This document shows, in pieces, positions 18,863-29,489 of a DNA stretch of 64,000 nucleotides; the stretch's first letter is position 1; the number at the start of each line of letters is the position of its first letter. Under the pieces are notes generated by a model. It did no database searches. It was not told where the DNA came from and saw nothing but the letters and a program-made list of their open reading frames with translations. The stretch covers positions 30,913 to 94,912 of the IMG/VR virus record IMGVR_UViG_3300037246_002669. One strand, written 5' to 3'. This DNA is from a virus. Position numbers and translations under genes: made by a program.

Positions 18863-19405
18863 CTACCCTCCGATTACCATAACGATCACTGTAAACTCAT
18901 CTTGCGATTTAGTTGAAATGGATAAAGAGTAGCGGGAGAAAGCGGCTTTATAATTTAAATCCAGTACTCCCAGGGCCGACTTGGAAGCAGTCACAGTGGT
19001 CCCTTCAGTGGCAATGGCCCCAAGGTTATCCCCGATCCATTCATAGTCTACAACCGACTTTATCGGTTTGGTAGCCGATACAGAATTAACCCCGGAAGTA
19101 GTTGTAAACTGCAGTGTGTCATTGGAGGCAGCCAGTCCTCCCTCCCCCGTCACTCCACTCCCTTCGGAACGGATTGCACCCGGATCAGTGCTACTCACAC
19201 TTGTCTTGATGACGATAGGCATATCTGCAGGGTATTTATATACACGAAAATACGCCTTCTCCCCGTAAAGGAATGTACTTTTTTCCTCTCCGTAGATTTC
19301 AATATGTTTTTCCGCGTCCAGTTCCACCACCAGTATTTGACCTTCTTCCAATGTTGTGGTACCGAACGTTACGACTATACTCTGTTTTGCCCCTATATCA
19401 ACCAT
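18863..19405 (-). CDS. Tail-associated protein
   Basis: Tightly packed ORF in the tail module with GGAGG RBS. Confidence 0.65.
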   Translation of the reverse strand: MVDIGAKQSIVVTFGTTTLEEGQILVVELDAEKHIEIYGEEKSTFLYGEKAYFRVYKYPADMPIVIKTSVSSTDPGAIRSEGSGVTGEGGLAASNDTLQFTTTSGVNSVSATKPIKSVVDYEWIGDNLGAIATEGTTVTASKSALGVLDLNYKAAFSRYSLSISTKSQDEFTVIVMVIGG

Positions 19406-19655
19406 CGATTATGACCTCCATTTTGGCATTTTGAGACGCCAAAGATAGCACATTAAGAATCACATTCTCGCCCCCCACAACCAGTGCATAGGTAACTTCT
19501 GAATTAACTGAGATCTTCTCATAAGATCTCGCTATTGTCAAACTGGTTCCAGTACGAATCCTGTACCGAAGGTTTCCTATATCTCCCTCAACAACTCCAG
19601 TGTGTACTTGCCGACTGTTCGGGGAATCATTTACTAAGAAGTCTATACCTGCCAT
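19398..19655 (-). CDS. Small tail-associated protein (possible spike-like)
   Basis: Overlaps both neighbours. GGAGG RBS. Confidence 0.55.
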   Translation of the reverse strand: MAGIDFLVNDSPNSRQVHTGVVEGDIGNLRYRIRTGTSLTIARSYEKISVNSEVTYALVVGGENVILNVLSLASQNAKMEVIIDG

Positions 19656-21589
19656 TGTGTCACCTCCATAGTATGCAGTACTTTCGGTCCTGTTATCGCG
19701 ACGACTACACTTTTTACCTGAAAGTTCCCCAATGCGGATATTTCGGCATCGTCTACGTGAACTATGTCCCCGTCCATTATTGAGATTTCGTAAGGGGCAG
19801 AAATAGATACAGTCTTCCGGTCATACCTGACAGTATCCAGGGCAGCAGTACCTGCAACCACTGCAATGGCTGGAGCGGCCAACAATTCATCATGAAGGGG
19901 CGGAGCTGCCACATCCCCCGGGGGAATTGTAACATTCAGCGCCACATCTGTTTCTCCTGAAATACTCAATACTGCTAAAAGAACTTCCACTGAATGACCC
20001 GTCAGGAGAAGGCGTTCGTACTCAGTGGTGTAAGTCAACTTGCACACTCCGTCTTGATTGTCAGGAATGGCGATTTCTCTACTGTTCACATTAAAAACTG
20101 GTTGGCCGTACTGCTTACCGAACCACTCCACTCCCCCAGGTTCAAGAGTTTTTATCGGTCGGGTAGTTTCGCCAATGCCATTCCGGACTATGACAGTCTC
20201 ATCCTCAATTTCTTCGATGAGTCCGCTCCCGAGACCCTGAACTGTCCCATCGGTGACAAACTGCACCGGGCCTCCAGGTGGACGATTGCCTGCCCAATAT
20301 AGGCGCACGTGCGTAGGTTCCCCCACATCAGGACTTTCTTCCTCTATTCGGTAATCTGGCAACTCAATCGCTGTTGTCTGACGAGATACTTCAATCGTGT
20401 TTGCCCCTGTCCCTCTTTCGTAATCAGTGGACACAGTTATCATGTTGGATCTGTCATATCGGGCAACTGCAGCAGTCGTGGGAATATGGATGGGCCGGGC
20501 AGTAAATTTACTTCTCACAATTAAAGTGCCGTCTGGTTGTGAACGAACAACGGCACCAATGGCTTCCGCAATTTCTGAAATTCCGGCAAGTGGTTGCCCG
20601 TTATATGAATAAGTTTGAGGAAGTACCCAATCTTCGCAATCCCATACAATGACTACGGGGTCCATTCCCGAATTATCGTTCAACAGAGTGGTAGCCACTG
20701 CACTTGCGAGTGCGGGAACTTCCAATGCCAAGGCAATTTCTTCGCGGTAGGGAGCATCCCATAATGCAGACTTACTTCTTCCCCACAAACTGAATAGATC
20801 CTCGGTACCATGTTGGTCTTCCAGTATGTAATCGTACACTTCCTCATTCAATATAATTTGGAGAGTATGCGCCCCCTCCGTAAGACTACTTTTCCGGAAC
20901 AGGTCACTGGAAATAGAAGCCAGTTCTATTTGATTGTGGATGTCGTCTTCGGTGAAGGACATGGACATGGATGTCACTTGATTTGTGATGTCCCCTCCGT
21001 CCAGTAATATACTCCATGTAACATTCGGGGTAATAGGGATCACGTTTTGCAGGGCATTTATACTTCGCCGAGTACCTGAGATATAATCCACTAATGCCAG
21101 ATCATTAAGATGACTGAATATGTTAGATATGGGATTGCCGGACATTGCATTCCTGAACTCATGGATACCCCCGACACCTTCTGATAGTGTCAGCAGCGAA
21201 GACTTCAGCCCGGTTAATTCCCCTGATAGGTTATTTGCAATAAATTGCAAATTTCCAATAGGATCTCCCTTCAGAAGAGAGGACATTACCAGTTCAATTC
21301 CAGTAATGGCTTCCGATAGTTTATTAATGTGTACTTGTTGTCCGGAAAGATCTCCGGAAAGGGAACTTCTTATGACACGATCTCCGGAAACAGGATCGCC
21401 GTATAGTAGAGAATTGATCGCCTTGCGAAAACTACCAGTGGCCTCCAATAGACCAAGGGGGATAGATTGGTTCCCCTGCAATCCAAATCCTACCATAATT
21501 ACAGGGGAGCCACTGGTTCCTAAAGGTCGGAACACTATACGACTTCCCGTGTACTGTTCACCTGTATTGAATAAAAGTACAAGGGACAT
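19643..21589 (-). CDS. Tail hub/baseplate-like protein
   Basis: LDGGDITNQVTSM and IAEAIGAVVRSQPDGTL segments are typical of tail hub proteins. Position fits. Confidence 0.6.
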   Translation of the reverse strand: MSLVLLFNTGEQYTGSRIVFRPLGTSGSPVIMVGFGLQGNQSIPLGLLEATGSFRKAINSLLYGDPVSGDRVIRSSLSGDLSGQQVHINKLSEAITGIELVMSSLLKGDPIGNLQFIANNLSGELTGLKSSLLTLSEGVGGIHEFRNAMSGNPISNIFSHLNDLALVDYISGTRRSINALQNVIPITPNVTWSILLDGGDITNQVTSMSMSFTEDDIHNQIELASISSDLFRKSSLTEGAHTLQIILNEEVYDYILEDQHGTEDLFSLWGRSKSALWDAPYREEIALALEVPALASAVATTLLNDNSGMDPVVIVWDCEDWVLPQTYSYNGQPLAGISEIAEAIGAVVRSQPDGTLIVRSKFTARPIHIPTTAAVARYDRSNMITVSTDYERGTGANTIEVSRQTTAIELPDYRIEEESPDVGEPTHVRLYWAGNRPPGGPVQFVTDGTVQGLGSGLIEEIEDETVIVRNGIGETTRPIKTLEPGGVEWFGKQYGQPVFNVNSREIAIPDNQDGVCKLTYTTEYERLLLTGHSVEVLLAVLSISGETDVALNVTIPPGDVAAPPLHDELLAAPAIAVVAGTAALDTVRYDRKTVSISAPYEISIMDGDIVHVDDAEISALGNFQVKSVVVAITGPKVLHTMEVTQWQV

Positions 21590-21601
21590 ATTGAGTTCTC
21601 C

Positions 21602-23026
21602 TTACTCTGCGTACCATCCAGCTACGGTCAAGTTGTCAGGTTCGGCACCTGTGCCTGCAGGGACATCTTCCTTCCACCAAATAGGCAAGGCTGCAGGACT
21701 GGTGGTGAATGTCACGGTATCACCTTCAAGCCACGTTCCACCCCATACTGCAGAAAGTACTGTGAAATATGGGGTTCCTGATTCGGGATTATTGGGAGCG
21801 AAATTGGAGCCGGTACTTCCAGACCCCACACTTCCTGATTTGATGCCAGCACATGAGAAGGTACTACCCGTCAGAAAAGTGAGCGTGAAATCATCCTGTT
21901 CCGTTCCCTTGTTACTCAGCGTCAAGGGATTCGTGGTATCGTCGAAAGTTCCGGAGGCAGAAGTCACTACCCCGGAGGTTACTTCCGGAGACAACTCCGC
22001 CTGGGAGACACATCCAGCAACAAAGGTGTCCGCGATGTCGTAACTGCCAGCTACCTGTGCGGCCAGTTCCACGATGACATCATTGGTGGCAGGAGTGTAC
22101 AGAAAGCAGTTCTCACGATATGTGACCACTACATCCGAGGCACTGTCGGGAGCGGCCAGCCAATTGATATCGACGGTCCATACTCCTGTCGCCATATTCA
22201 ACTGTCCTGCATCACAGTATCCGGAGCACAACCCGTTGTGATCCACGTTCACGGTTTTCTCCACCGCCCCGATAGTGGCAGTAACAACCGGGAGACTCCC
22301 TTCCTGCGTGCATACTCCGTTGGTCACATTGGCCAAGGTGGTTAGCGGAAGGTTTGTGGTGGCACCATTTCCAGTGGCAATCACTTCTCCAACGGTTTCC
22401 TTTTCCGCCAACTGAATCCACTCCTCGTCGGCGGAAGCATGAAAAGTCATCACCATATCGTTCCCGATATAAATACCGTTGGGATAAGTGATATCGTCCG
22501 TCTGCGCAATTTTGAGCCATGTGTCCACGGTGTACTGTACTGAATCTCCTGCTCGCACACCGGAATCGATAGTCTGTCCCGTCAAAAACTTGTTACTGAG
22601 ATGGACGATGCCTCCATTGGTAAATTCCGCATCGTTATTTTCCATAGTAAGGGAAAGGGAGGACTCCCCTCCCTCTAAGGCAACTTTTAAAATGCCTGTC
22701 CCTACCCATGTATAGTTCCCGGTGGCCAAATCTGCCTGGGTGTCCGTATGGGTGCCCCTTGCCTGCAGAAAGGAGTCCCCGCCGTTGGACTTCATTTCCT
22801 GAAAGTACAGAGGATCATAAGCGGGGTCGTCATCTGCATTTTCATTTGTCATAAATTCCTTGCGATAGCGGTCGAGCCCGGCGATTCGCTGTGCTTTGGA
22901 TACTCTCGGAAACAAGGAATGCCGAGCACCGGATATAACTTCCGATCGTGATTTTCTCCCGCCATTTGAAGCGGAATCCGTGACCACTTCTGACTTGTAA
23001 AATTTGATGTCACTCGCAGTTAACAT
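21602..23026 (-). CDS. Tail structural protein
   Basis: GGAGG RBS before MLTASDIKFYKS. N-terminal NGGR..LFPRVS motif. Position in the tail module. Confidence 0.65.
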   Translation of the reverse strand: MLTASDIKFYKSEVVTDSASNGGRKSRSEVISGARHSLFPRVSKAQRIAGLDRYRKEFMTNENADDDPAYDPLYFQEMKSNGGDSFLQARGTHTDTQADLATGNYTWVGTGILKVALEGGESSLSLTMENNDAEFTNGGIVHLSNKFLTGQTIDSGVRAGDSVQYTVDTWLKIAQTDDITYPNGIYIGNDMVMTFHASADEEWIQLAEKETVGEVIATGNGATTNLPLTTLANVTNGVCTQEGSLPVVTATIGAVEKTVNVDHNGLCSGYCDAGQLNMATGVWTVDINWLAAPDSASDVVVTYRENCFLYTPATNDVIVELAAQVAGSYDIADTFVAGCVSQAELSPEVTSGVVTSASGTFDDTTNPLTLSNKGTEQDDFTLTFLTGSTFSCAGIKSGSVGSGSTGSNFAPNNPESGTPYFTVLSAVWGGTWLEGDTVTFTTSPAALPIWWKEDVPAGTGAEPDNLTVAGWYAE

Positions 23027-23028
23027 CG

Positions 23029-23406
23029 TTAAACCTCCATGAGTTTGAGCCATACGTTATTGTAATTATCCGTACCCTCCGGGTTTGGGCGACCTACGAC
23101 CGGATCTGCTTCGATCACAGGATGGTTTTCATGCCGAAATCTCACAGTGTAGGTTGTACCTTCATAAACTAATGAGTAGACCGCACGGGCAACACTGGCA
23201 AGTGCCCATAAACTGTCGAGAGTAGATTTGTCAATCCATCCACTGTCATTTCCTCCCAAAAGATCAATAAGAGTACCGCCCACGGAACTCTGTTCCCATA
23301 TAATCGGAGTACCATCCATCGCGGTCTCCGTTACTGCCTTTACCGGGGCAGCGCCCGTAACTGATCGGATCAGATCCGGCAGGGTTATTCCTTCCAGTGC
23401 TATCAT
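23029..23406 (-). CDS. Distal tail-like protein
   Basis: Immediately after the tape measure with an ATGA overlap. Confidence 0.55.
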   Translation of the reverse strand: MIALEGITLPDLIRSVTGAAPVKAVTETAMDGTPIIWEQSSVGGTLIDLLGGNDSGWIDKSTLDSLWALASVARAVYSLVYEGTTYTVRFRHENHPVIEADPVVGRPNPEGTDNYNNVWLKLMEV

Positions 23407-26400
23407 CTTTTCCTCCCATTTGCCAGCCCTTTCCGTTTTAGGGCAATTCCCAGTGCTGATAATACATCAGTGTTACCTGCTACTGGATATTCGTTTCCGT
23501 CCACATGCAGTTTCATTATCCCCATGTTTTGCAGTTCAGGAATCTCCACAGAAGTGGCACGATTAGAAGTCGGGGCCATTGCCAGTGCGGGTACTTTAAC
23601 GTCCGGAATATTAAAGGCAGGAGTAAGGGGACCTCCTTCTCGTAATTTCATTATTCCTGGAAATTGACTTGCAGATACGGCCATCCTGTTGAGCATGTCA
23701 AAGAATCCCATACCGTATCGTCTAACAGCTTCTTTCCGAATCATGAACTCCCCGGATTCCCCAAGAAACGGAATCTTGTCGCCCCCGCCATAGCCGCCCC
23801 CGGTCTTTCCTCCTCCGGTAATGTCCCGCCCTGTGGAAAGTGGTCCACCAGTTTTCAAGCCGGTAGGTTTACCTGTTGTCTTGTACCTTGTGGTGATAGT
23901 GATGGTTTTACTCCGCAGTCCGTCAATTTCTCGTTTCAACTTTCTCAGGGTAGTTAGAATATTGGAAGGAGTCAGAACCACCCTGACACGAGAAGTACTA
24001 TTTTGAGGGAGAGCGCGAATCAGTTTCTTCAACTCCTTAACTTTTTCAGAACCGGTGGTCTCTGCAACAACGTCAATAGACCTGTCCATAACGGACAGGA
24101 TAAGTTCCTGCAGGTACTCTACATCGTCATCTCCTCGCACGTTAGCAACTACGGCAATTTCCTTTCCATCCGGAAGATCATCTATAAGGGTTTTCGCCTG
24201 TTTGAGATCATCTTCACCGTCCACCCTGATATCGACAGCAACTTCTGCATCTTCGATATCGTCGAGTTGGTTCGCCACTTCCTTAAGAGTCTTTGTAACC
24301 TCCCTTCCGTCCACATTAATTTTCAGTTTCTCGCCGGTCACGCTATCGGTGAATTCTTTATATTTTCCCTTAATCTCATCAAGTTTTTCGATAAGAGGTT
24401 TCTCGGAAGAGGCAGTGCCAGTAAATTCAATAACTGCCTTTAGATCTTTTTCCTCCAGGGACTTGTGAAGTGCAGTGATCTCACTCATGGCCTTTTCGAA
24501 ATCTTCTATGGAAACCCGGACCTCCACATCGCTGAGTTTCTTCGACATCTCATCCCATTTGGCCATGATTTTATTGGCGGCAGATTCAAAAGCCTCCGCG
24601 CCTTCTTCTGCGGCTTTCTTCTGCGGTTGCAGTACATTGACAAGGATCTCTTCCCGAAGAACTTTGTACTGTCTGATTGCTTTCTCGTTGTTGATTTCCA
24701 GAGGCACGACAACGGTATCTGTGCCTTCTTTGATTTCCGTTGCCTGTTGCATGATCAGGTTCTGGACTTTGTTGTAGTACTGTTGGGCAATTTGGAAATC
24801 TTTAGCAGCCGCAAGTTTACGGGCCTGAGTAGTAAGACGGGCGATCTCTTTTTCCCTACTTGCATACTGTTCTACATCGGTCATGGTACGGCGTTTGTAT
24901 TCCTGGATGGAAGTTTCCGTTGATAGGTTGAAGGAAGCAATAACCTCGCCAAGTTTCTCGGCTACCTTTTTGTAATTCTCGGCAGCCTTCATCGCCTCTT
25001 TGTAGGATTTAACAGCTTGCTTTTCGAATGACTTCAACCCTTCTTCCACATTCATCAGCGGTTTGTTCAGGTCACCTACTGCACCACCCGCCTTCTCCAC
25101 TTCTTTTTGCATTTCGATGAAAGCTCTTCTCAGCGGATCTGCCAAATCTGCCAAACCAGGGAAGGCGGAAACCAGTTGGATAAAGTCCTCAACGTTGTCA
25201 GTGAGATCTATGTTCCCAATTTTTACTCCCTGTTTTACAAAGTCTTCTGCAAAACGATTTATGGCAGCCTGTGCAGCTTCGGGTCGGTTGTTGAATTCGT
25301 CCCAGTAAGCAGAGATTTCACCCTTGGAACCCATGATCTGCAATTTTACCTGCGCAAGTTTGTCTCCCAACGTACCTACGGTCTTGCCGGTTCTCGTACC
25401 ACTCTCCGATACTTCCCGCAACTTTTCTGCCAGTAACTCAGCAGCAGCCGCGCCTTCTTGGAACTGTACTCTACCAAGAACAGTTTCATACTCTTCAAGG
25501 GCCTTTCCCCCATCTTTCAATTCCCCGGTAATACTGTTGATGGATGCCGCAGCGTTACTTGCAGCAACTCCAAGTGATCCTTCGGTAGTATCGGCCACCG
25601 CTATCAAATTATCACGAAGTTTTAATGCAGTGGTCCCGAATAGGACATTGTTGCCTCTCGCGATGTCAAGGGCTTTTGTGAAGGAAAGAAAAGCATCAGC
25701 AGCATCTCTCGTTTTTGCAGCCACTTTACCTTGTACTTCAATCTGTTCATCGGTACTTTTACCCAAAATGGCAAAAGCAGCAACCACTACGCCGACTGCG
25801 GCAGCAATGGCGAAAAATGGGTGAGCGATTATCAATGCCCACAGGCCAGCCAAAGCAGTCTTTACCACCGCAACTGCTCCAAGAGCGAAAGCTATCAATT
25901 TCGCCTTTAGAGCACCTATCACTAAGCCGAATGCCTGAAACATACCGGCTCCTTGAATCAGGAAAGTGAATCCCATTTCTGCTACAAGGAAAGCAAATGC
26001 CTTCTGCAGACTACCCACTGCGAGTGCCACAGTTCCAATGGATATCACAAGCAATCCCAGTCCCCCAATGAGTCCGGTTATAAGTCCCGCGATCAATGGA
26101 AACTCATTTGCCAAATCAGCCAGGAGGGACAAGAAATTTGAAATGGTGTTCATGACTTTCGATAAAACTCCGAGCAGGGGTTTACCCAAGGCAGTCAGTA
26201 ACCCGTCCAGTGCTGACTGAAACAGCGTGAAAGATCCAATCAGGTTATCTTCCATCACCATTGCCATGGTCTTCGCAGCACCGGCTGAAACATGATTTGC
26301 CACAGTGAGTTCTGTCAACTTCTCGATAGAGACTGACATTGCAAGAGCACCAGCGGCGGCAGTACGGCGGAAAATGGCAGCAGCAGATGCCAAGTCCAGG

Positions 26401-27272
26401 TTGGCATCTCCGAGTCTTCTCATCGTCTCAGTGAGATTTATAGATCCATCTGCATTTTTGGCAACGGTCACTCCCAGTTTATCCATCGCCTCTCTTGCTT
26501 TTTTGGTGGGATCGGATAGTGATATCATGATACCACGTAACTGAGTTCCTGCAGAACTTGCTTGAATACCGTTGTCACCCAGAATACCAATGGCGGCGGC
26601 AACTTCCTCCAGTGGTACTTTAGCGGCAGCAGCAGCCGGTCCTACGTAAACCATTGCTTCTGCCATTTGAGTGATATCAGTATTTGCGCTTGAAGCAGTG
26701 TTTGCAAGTACATCTACGACATGCCCCAACTCCTCCACTGGGAGTCGCATTGCTGACAAGATATTTGAGGCAATATCTGCAGCGGACGCAAGATCAAGGC
26801 CACCTGCGGCTGCAAGTTCCAGGGAAGGACCAATGGTCTTTATAACTTCATTGGCCGTAAATCCTGCCTGTCCGAGAAATCGCATACCATCTGCTGCTTC
26901 GGACGCGGAAAACTTTGTGGTCCTTCCAAGTTCTGCGGCTTTTTTGGATAGGGCATCAAATTCACGTTCAGCATCGGTGGTTACTGCCAGCACTCCTGAC
27001 ATTGACTTTTCGAAGGTGGCTGCGGCTTTAATGGGGAAAAATGCTGCGGTGGCAAGTCCGGCTCCTACAGCCACGAGGTTTCTGCCCATCGTGAGCAAAT
27101 TATCACCGGACTGCCTTAATTCGTCTATCTTCTTTTTTGCTTTGGCTGAAGAATCCCCAAAACCATCCATTCCCTTCTGAAGACCGGTGATCCTTTTCCG
27201 CAACAACTGAAGGGAACGTTCGGCTTTATCTTGCGCCGTAATAAGAAGTTCTAACTTTGCTTGAACTGTCAT
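23403..27272 (-). CDS. Tail tape measure protein (TP901-type core)
   Basis: 1289 aa, Ala-rich helical. Core TTKFSASEAADGM.FLGQAG...ANTDITQMAEAM...GIQASSAGT. Follows the chaperone gene. Confidence 0.95.
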   Translation of the reverse strand: MTVQAKLELLITAQDKAERSLQLLRKRITGLQKGMDGFGDSSAKAKKKIDELRQSGDNLLTMGRNLVAVGAGLATAAFFPIKAAATFEKSMSGVLAVTTDAEREFDALSKKAAELGRTTKFSASEAADGMRFLGQAGFTANEVIKTIGPSLELAAAGGLDLASAADIASNILSAMRLPVEELGHVVDVLANTASSANTDITQMAEAMVYVGPAAAAAKVPLEEVAAAIGILGDNGIQASSAGTQLRGIMISLSDPTKKAREAMDKLGVTVAKNADGSINLTETMRRLGDANLDLASAAAIFRRTAAAGALAMSVSIEKLTELTVANHVSAGAAKTMAMVMEDNLIGSFTLFQSALDGLLTALGKPLLGVLSKVMNTISNFLSLLADLANEFPLIAGLITGLIGGLGLLVISIGTVALAVGSLQKAFAFLVAEMGFTFLIQGAGMFQAFGLVIGALKAKLIAFALGAVAVVKTALAGLWALIIAHPFFAIAAAVGVVVAAFAILGKSTDEQIEVQGKVAAKTRDAADAFLSFTKALDIARGNNVLFGTTALKLRDNLIAVADTTEGSLGVAASNAAASINSITGELKDGGKALEEYETVLGRVQFQEGAAAAELLAEKLREVSESGTRTGKTVGTLGDKLAQVKLQIMGSKGEISAYWDEFNNRPEAAQAAINRFAEDFVKQGVKIGNIDLTDNVEDFIQLVSAFPGLADLADPLRRAFIEMQKEVEKAGGAVGDLNKPLMNVEEGLKSFEKQAVKSYKEAMKAAENYKKVAEKLGEVIASFNLSTETSIQEYKRRTMTDVEQYASREKEIARLTTQARKLAAAKDFQIAQQYYNKVQNLIMQQATEIKEGTDTVVVPLEINNEKAIRQYKVLREEILVNVLQPQKKAAEEGAEAFESAANKIMAKWDEMSKKLSDVEVRVSIEDFEKAMSEITALHKSLEEKDLKAVIEFTGTASSEKPLIEKLDEIKGKYKEFTDSVTGEKLKINVDGREVTKTLKEVANQLDDIEDAEVAVDIRVDGEDDLKQAKTLIDDLPDGKEIAVVANVRGDDDVEYLQELILSVMDRSIDVVAETTGSEKVKELKKLIRALPQNSTSRVRVVLTPSNILTTLRKLKREIDGLRSKTITITTRYKTTGKPTGLKTGGPLSTGRDITGGGKTGGGYGGGDKIPFLGESGEFMIRKEAVRRYGMGFFDMLNRMAVSASQFPGIMKLREGGPLTPAFNIPDVKVPALAMAPTSNRATSVEIPELQNMGIMKLHVDGNEYPVAGNTDVLSALGIALKRKGLANGRKR

Positions 27273-27410
27273 TTTTGGCCTGTCCTTTGTCTTCGGCGAC
27301 TTTATTAGCGGTGATAATCCGGGAGGATGTCAAGTGCACGAAAAGAACAAGTTGAGGAAGACTGTACTCCCGGATATCAGACAGGAAGTGGCCGTTCGAA
27401 ATAAGGAACT

Positions 27411-27866
27411 CTATACTTTCGGCAATTCCCCATTCGAACCCTTTGTTCCTGTTTTGCTTGCCGTCTTTTTTATGTCTTTGGTTGCGTTGTCGACCCTGAC
27501 CGTGAGATCTTCCACTACCGTCTCGATCAGGGTTGTCCAGTTTTTTATTGTTTCGTCCGTCAAGTTCATGGAAAGAAACATCTGGAAGAACTTCGGCGCA
27601 TCCGTAAAACTGATGTTCTCCACGGGATAGTCAGTGCAAAAAGGCAGAATTTCCAGGAAGGAGGCAAGTCCCTTCTGAATCATCTTATCAAGGCCCAGTC
27701 CCTGTTTCCGCAACTCCCACAATTCCTTCATCTGTGGGATCAGAGGAGCGACATGGATCAACTTTAGGGTATGCATGGTGACTTCGGTGCCATCGGCTGC
27801 GGTAAACTGGTGATCGACCGCCAGTAGAGTGGAGAGTACTGCAGTATCCTTCTTCTGGTCAGACAT
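27411..27866 (-). CDS. Tail assembly chaperone (G), with predicted -1 frameshifted extension to 27226
   Basis: Lies between tail tube and tape measure. In-frame slippery A-AAA-AAG at 27465-27471. Confidence 0.8.
   Translation of the reverse strand: MSDQKKDTAVLSTLLAVDHQFTAADGTEVTMHTLKLIHVAPLIPQMKELWELRKQGLGLDKMIQKGLASFLEILPFCTDYPVENISFTDAPKFFQMFLSMNLTDETIKNWTTLIETVVEDLTVRVDNATKDIKKTASKTGTKGSNGELPKV
27465..27471 (-). other. Programmed -1 ribosomal frameshift site A AAA AAG
   Basis: Canonical X XXY YYZ heptamer in frame. The -1 frame stays open for about 80 codons to TAA at 27226-27228. Confidence 0.8.
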
Positions 27867-27942
27867 ATTATGGAACCTCCATTATTAGCATTCTACATTT
27901 GCATGTAGTGCATAAGTTAATGTTACTCAAAGACTGCAAAAA

Positions 27943-28551
27943 CTATGTGGTAGTCGTCGTGGTCGGTGTCGCAGTAGTCGTCGTGGTCGGTGTCGCAGTA
28001 GTCGTCGTGGTCGCATCAGGGTCCACTAAGGTCACGTCAAAGTACGGAGATGTGGGATGGTTGGTGAGATCGGCCAGACCTGAACCACTGAATCCCATTT
28101 CTGACCACTCATCACTGATAAGTGACAGACTGCCATCTGGAGACAGTTTGACTCTCCATAAAGCCCATATTTCATTGAGACCTTCAGCGTTATCGGAAGT
28201 AAATCTGACAGCATACTCCGCCGCAAGATTCGTGTTCGCGGAGATAACATTCCCGACGATTGTCCCCTTCAGAAACATGGCAAGGTTGTAGAGGGACTTC
28301 TCGTCCAGGGTAAGAGCGAGGTCATATCCGGACTCGATAATCACTGTCTTATCCAGGAGACGGGTGCCGGAACGTGTTGTGAAGTGTTCCTTTATCTCCT
28401 CCGTGACGGTGACGGTAAAATCTGTCACATTACCCACATCCGTAAATTCTGCGGGATATGCTGGAGGCGTGGTTCCATCCCACTCGCCTATTTCCACCAC
28501 TCCTCGTCCGAGGGCATAAAGTGCGGTTGATGGACTTGCGGGTATAGCCAT
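27943..28551 (-). CDS. Major tail tube protein with C-terminal Thr-rich tail
   Basis: DVGNVTDF and W.VKLSPDGSLSLISDEW tube-like motifs. Position before the chaperone. Ends ATTTTTATPTTTTTATPTTTTTT. Confidence 0.85.
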   Translation of the reverse strand: MAIPASPSTALYALGRGVVEIGEWDGTTPPAYPAEFTDVGNVTDFTVTVTEEIKEHFTTRSGTRLLDKTVIIESGYDLALTLDEKSLYNLAMFLKGTIVGNVISANTNLAAEYAVRFTSDNAEGLNEIWALWRVKLSPDGSLSLISDEWSEMGFSGSGLADLTNHPTSPYFDVTLVDPDATTTTTATPTTTTTATPTTTTTT

Positions 28552-28587
28552 ATCTAAACTCCTTTCCTTTTTGCAATAAATTGCAAA

Positions 28588-29037
28588 TTAGTTAAACAGG
28601 GTTTCTAAGTCATCCATGAACTGTATTTCAAATACCAGCCCAATACCAGCCACTGGAGCGCCGATGGGAGGCCGCAAGACTCTACTGGTCTCCTTCTCGA
28701 TGATAGATGTGCAGATACCATCAAGAGTTGCGTTCCTGCCTGCATAGATCACTTTTTTAACTTCCTTCACAAAGGCATATAGTGCCTTCGTACTCGCAGG
28801 TTCCGAAGTAGCAAGCGCAAAGCACTCAACGATCACTTCCATTTCTTTGAACAGAAGGGGAAGTTTGTTGCCCCGAGTTTTAATGTTGATGGTCTTCTCG
28901 GGAAATTCAAAGATATGAATGCAATCAAAGTCATCTGCAGTAGGATGGTCTTTCGGATTTCTCGCTACCATCCCAACTCCAGGAACAGTTACCATCCGTT
29001 TGTGCAACTCCGACAAAATGTTATCTCTCTGAATCAT
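28588..29037 (-). CDS. Tail terminator-like protein
   Basis: Size and position directly upstream of the tail tube. Confidence 0.6.
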   Translation of the reverse strand: MIQRDNILSELHKRMVTVPGVGMVARNPKDHPTADDFDCIHIFEFPEKTINIKTRGNKLPLLFKEMEVIVECFALATSEPASTKALYAFVKEVKKVIYAGRNATLDGICTSIIEKETSRVLRPPIGAPVAGIGLVFEIQFMDDLETLFN

Positions 29038-29489
29038 CGCTGCAGTGCCCTTTCTATCATCTCCACAATATTCTGCGCAATATCTGCGCGTAAAGTTTCA
29101 TCTTCTATCAGTGGTTGGAGTATTCCACCAACAGCTTGCCTTGAATAAACATTGTCACCACTTCGGGCGGTACGAGGACCAACACCCGGATATCTACCTT
29201 CTTCGAGCACTTCACTATAGGGTACTGTGTTATCGAAGGTGAACCCTCCTTGCACCATACTGACTGCAGACCAATCCTGCTTCATCTGGCCTGCGTGGGG
29301 ATCTCGCCGCATAGTTCTTGACCTTCGCCCGGAATATCCCCGAGGGGTGTTCCTCTTTGCAAGGGCACGAATTGTTTTAGCTCCGTCTTCCATCCCGGCA
29401 TAAACTGCCTCCGGGACATTAGCCAGTGCCTCAAACAGCGGCGGGTCTCCTATCAATTCTATGTGAAGTATATTGTCTCGTATCGGCAT
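29034..29489 (-). CDS. Neck / tail completion protein (HK97 gp10-like)
   Basis: AKRNTP...NTVPYSEVLEEG motif and position. Confidence 0.65.
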   Translation of the reverse strand: MPIRDNILHIELIGDPPLFEALANVPEAVYAGMEDGAKTIRALAKRNTPRGYSGRRSRTMRRDPHAGQMKQDWSAVSMVQGGFTFDNTVPYSEVLEEGRYPGVGPRTARSGDNVYSRQAVGGILQPLIEDETLRADIAQNIVEMIERALQR

